From: Candidatus Iainarchaeum sp.
Lineage (GTDB): Archaea; Iainarchaeota; Iainarchaeia; Iainarchaeales; CSSED10-239
Assembly: GCA_003559395.1 (NCBI GenBank)
Contig: PWLL01000060.1
Location: 1-24,750, forward strand
Reading direction: 5' to 3'
Length of the DNA: 24,750 nucleotides
The position numbers and the translations under genes were made by a program. Position 1 is the stretch's first letter; every line of letters starts with the position of its first letter. The notes beneath the pieces were generated by a model that saw only the letters and a program-made list of their open reading frames with translations, made no database searches and was not told where the DNA came from. This document shows positions 22,564 through 24,750 of this stretch, piece by piece.

Positions 22564-23286
22564 ATGAACGAAAAAATATTTAATCTTTTGTTGGACTTAG
22601 GTCTAACTGAATACGAAGCAAGAACTGTAAATACTTTATTTAAATTTGTAGAAGCAGACGCTCCGCACATAAGTAGAAACGCAGAAATTCCTAAAACAAG
22701 AATCTATGATGTGTTAGAAAAACTAAAAACAAAAGGCATTGTTTTAGAAGTATATGGAAGACCAAAAAAATATAAGATAATAGATCCTAAAGAAGTTTTT
22801 AATAATCTATTTGATATAAAAAGAAAAGAACTAGATATAATAAATAAAGATATAGACCACATACTAACCAAAGAAAAATGGACAGACCACTCAGTTGTTG
22901 ACGAAAAAGTCTTACAAGTAAAAAATCTTAAAGACTATAATAAATTACTATCACAAGAACTTAGAACAGCAGACAAAGAAATACTTGGATTTACACATAT
23001 TGATGATAGATCAGACGCTTTAAAAGAAACTTTTGTAAACGAAGATCTAAAAGTAAAACTAATATCAAAACCATTAACTAAAAACTACGACTTTCCAAAA
23101 AATATAGAAGTTCAAGAAAAGAACCACTCAATGGATGCTTTTGTTATTGATAAAGACAAAGTTATTATGTCTTTAAACGATTTAACTGTTCCAAAAAAGA
23201 CCTATCATTTTACTGTGCTTAAAAACAATCCAAGCTTAACCAAAGCAATCGTAACTCATTTTGATGACTATTGGAAAAAATGTTAG
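22564..23286 (+). CDS. TrmB-family (TrmBL-like) winged-helix transcriptional regulator
   Basis: N-terminal LGLTEYEARTVNTLFKFVEADAPHISRNAEIPKTRIYDVLEKLKTKGIVLEV is the TrmB-type wHTH. Start is ATG 22564, after AGGTGGAG at 22553-22560. Confidence 0.75.
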   Translation: MNEKIFNLLLDLGLTEYEARTVNTLFKFVEADAPHISRNAEIPKTRIYDVLEKLKTKGIVLEVYGRPKKYKIIDPKEVFNNLFDIKRKELDIINKDIDHILTKEKWTDHSVVDEKVLQVKNLKDYNKLLSQELRTADKEILGFTHIDDRSDALKETFVNEDLKVKLISKPLTKNYDFPKNIEVQEKNHSMDAFVIDKDKVIMSLNDLTVPKKTYHFTVLKNNPSLTKAIVTHFDDYWKKC

Positions 23287-23294
23287 TTTTTAAA

Positions 23295-23729
23295 TTATTT
23301 TAAATTATCTTTAACAACTTTTATTTTTCCTAGTTTTAATATTTGTTTAGACAAAGGATCTCTATATTCTTTAAGATAATGCACTTCTTTTATGTTTGTT
23401 TCTAAGATAAGTCTAGAGCAGACAGTACAAGGAAAATAATTTATATAAAGCACAGCATCTTTTAAAGAAGCTTTTTTTTTATATGCGTTAATCATAGCTC
23501 TTTGTTCAGCACATAACCCAGTACAAAGTTCATTTTTTTGTCCATCTCTTGTTTTAAAATAGTTTTTTGCACAACCAATTTCTTTACAAGGTTTAAGTTT
23601 ATTTGAGTTTCCGTTATATCCTGTAGAAATAATTTTATTATTTTTAACAATCACGCAACCGACTTTAGTTCTTAAGCACAAAGACGATTTTGTTTGTTTT
23701 TTTATTTCTTCGTATATTTTTTTAAGCAT
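23295..23729 (-). CDS. deoxycytidylate (dCMP)/cytidine deaminase-family zinc enzyme
   Basis: CAEQRAM (catalytic Glu plus a Zn ligand) and PCTVCSRLILETNIKEVHY (PCxxC) motifs. An extra Cys cluster, PCKEIGC...LC, resembles the second zinc site of ComEB/dCMP deaminases. 144 aa. Confidence 0.8.
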   Translation of the reverse strand: MLKKIYEEIKKQTKSSLCLRTKVGCVIVKNNKIISTGYNGNSNKLKPCKEIGCAKNYFKTRDGQKNELCTGLCAEQRAMINAYKKKASLKDAVLYINYFPCTVCSRLILETNIKEVHYLKEYRDPLSKQILKLGKIKVVKDNLK

Positions 23730-24152
23730 GTTTTCTCTTTTTTTATTATATATTTATGTTTGGTAGAATATATTAATTTATGGTTTTTTGTATTTTGTGT
23801 TTTTTGTTGGATAAGACTAGGTGGTTTTAACTAACAAGAGTTTTTAATTTATTTTAATAAATAGAATGATTTTTATCAAAAAAGTTATCAAGTTATTTTT
23901 ATAATAATAATAATAAAATAAACTCCTTTTTTGTATGATTATATCTCATTATATAGAATTTATAGAATTAAATATTCATTATATTGTAAACAATTTGAGA
24001 TGTTTTATAAAAAAACTTTAAAAAATCTATTTATAAATCTTACTCCTATATAAATATATTATAGAGACTATTTTTATAATAAAAAATATTCTTAAAAGAA
24101 TGTTTTTTAAAAACATAGTAAAAAACCGATGAAAGCTTTGGAGGTAATATAT

Positions 24153-24750
24153 ATGGCTGAATTTGTTAAATTCCAGGTTCCTGAAGACCTAAAAAACTTA
24201 CAAAACGAAGTTTTGACAAAAGTTTCAAAAACTGGAAAAATAAAAATTGGAATAAACGAAGTAACTAAGATTATCGAAAGAAATAATGCAAAACTTGTTG
24301 TTGTTGCAGAAGATGTTTCTCCTGCAGAAATAATAATGCATGTTCCTGTTTTGTGTAAAGAGAAAAAAGTACCTTACACATATGTTAAAACAAAAGAAGA
24401 ATTAGGAAAACTAGCAGGAATAAGTGCAAAAGCAAGTTCTATTGCTGTTATTGATGAAGGAATCGCAAAAAAAGAATTTGCTTCATTGATAGATAAGATT
24501 TCAGAAATTGTTGGTGGTAAAACAGAAAAGAAAGAAGCACCAAAAGAAGCTAAAAAAGAAGCACCAAAAGAAGCTAAAAAAGAAAATAAACCAAAAACAG
24601 AAAAACCAGAAACAAAAGAAGAAGCAAAAGAAATGAAAACAGAAAAACCAGAAACTAAAGAAGAAGCAAAAGAAATGAAAACAGAAAAACCAGAAACAAA
24701 AGAAGAAACTAAAGAAGAAGCAAAAGAAATGAAAACAGAAAAACCAGAAA
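24153..24750 (+). CDS. rpl7ae: 50S ribosomal protein L7Ae (eL8 family) with a repeat-containing Lys/Glu-rich C-terminal extension; 3' end lies outside the window
   Basis: Not in the ORF track because there is no stop in the window. Hand translation: MAEFVKFQVPEDLKNLQNEVLTKVSKTGKIKIGINEVTKIIERNNAKLVVVAEDVSPAEIIMHVPVLCKEKKVPYTYVKTKEELGKLAGI... GGAGGT SD at 24140-24145. The frame is open to 24750. Confidence 0.9.
   Translation, partial: MAEFVKFQVPEDLKNLQNEVLTKVSKTGKIKIGINEVTKIIERNNAKLVVVAEDVSPAEIIMHVPVLCKEKKVPYTYVKTKEELGKLAGISAKASSIAVIDEGIAKKEFASLIDKISEIVGGKTEKKEAPKEAKKEAPKEAKKENKPKTEKPETKEEAKEMKTEKPETKEEAKEMKTEKPETKEETKEEAKEMKTEKPE
24531..24578 (+). repeat. 24-bp tandem duplication coding KEAPKEAK x2 in the L7Ae tail
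   Basis: aaagaagcaccaaaagaagctaaa occurs at 24531-24554 and again, identical, at 24555-24578. Confidence 0.9.
24597..24750 (+). repeat. 42-bp tandem repeat coding TEKPETKEEAKEMK, at least 3.4 copies, truncated by the window end
   Basis: Copies at 24597-24638, 24639-24680 (two substitutions, aca to act and gaa to aaa), 24681-24734 (carries a 12-nt in-frame insertion, gaagaaactaaa) and 24735-24750 (cut by the window edge). Confidence 0.9.

Noticed and set aside
24088-24108. Hairpin ATTCTT-aa-AAGAAT followed by GTTTTTT, resembling a bacterial-type intrinsic terminator or attenuator before rpl7ae.
   Set aside because: The stem is six pairs, only one of them G-C, with a 2-nt loop, so it is thermodynamically negligible. 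No upstream plus-strand gene exists to terminate. The oligo-T may simply be AT-rich background.
23730-24152. The long AT-rich spacer, considered as a replication origin.
   Set aside because: No ORB or mini-ORB-like G-rich repeats are visible, and there is no adjacent orc1/cdc6 gene. The AT-richness is explained by divergent promoters in an already AT-rich genome.

Overview
Strongly AT-rich, purine-skewed (coding strand), very compact archaeal DNA. The gene set (L7Ae, S4e, L32e, L19e, L18e, L34e, L14e, SUI1, Rpp29, RpoD/RpoN) is archaeal. A small-genome DPANN-like lineage is my inference only. The core is one uninterrupted same-strand array (3758-22503) of 37 protein genes plus tRNA-Leu(UAA). 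It holds 31 ribosomal protein genes, aIF1/SUI1, RNase P protein Rpp29, SecY, a DUF106/YidC-like insertase, and RNA polymerase subunits D and N. This is the archaeal S10-like, spc, alpha and L13 clusters fused head to tail. The adk, cmk, rpoK and eno genes that often sit inside them are absent. On the left flank are a partial coiled-coil gene (minus strand) and three secreted or surface-protein ORFs (504-3512). Two of those ORFs are one reading frame broken by a single TAA. On the right flank are a TrmB-like regulator, a convergent dCMP-deaminase-family gene, a 423-bp AT-rich spacer, and L7Ae with a repeat-containing tail that runs off the window. I saw no mobile element, CRISPR array or recognisable defence or toxin system, so most of the window is ordinary conserved core genome. 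The items worth a second look are: (1) the split modular surface protein; (2) Lys/Glu-rich tandem-repeat extensions on uS3 and L7Ae, plus a Lys-rich N-terminal extension on uS13, alongside extremely reduced Rpp29 and eL14; (3) a two-motif Fe-S domain in RpoD; (4) an operon-embedded tRNA; (5) a very uniform (G)GTGA Shine-Dalgarno signal that also corrects many ORF-track start codons. All functional calls come from reading the translations and from synteny. No database search was possible.
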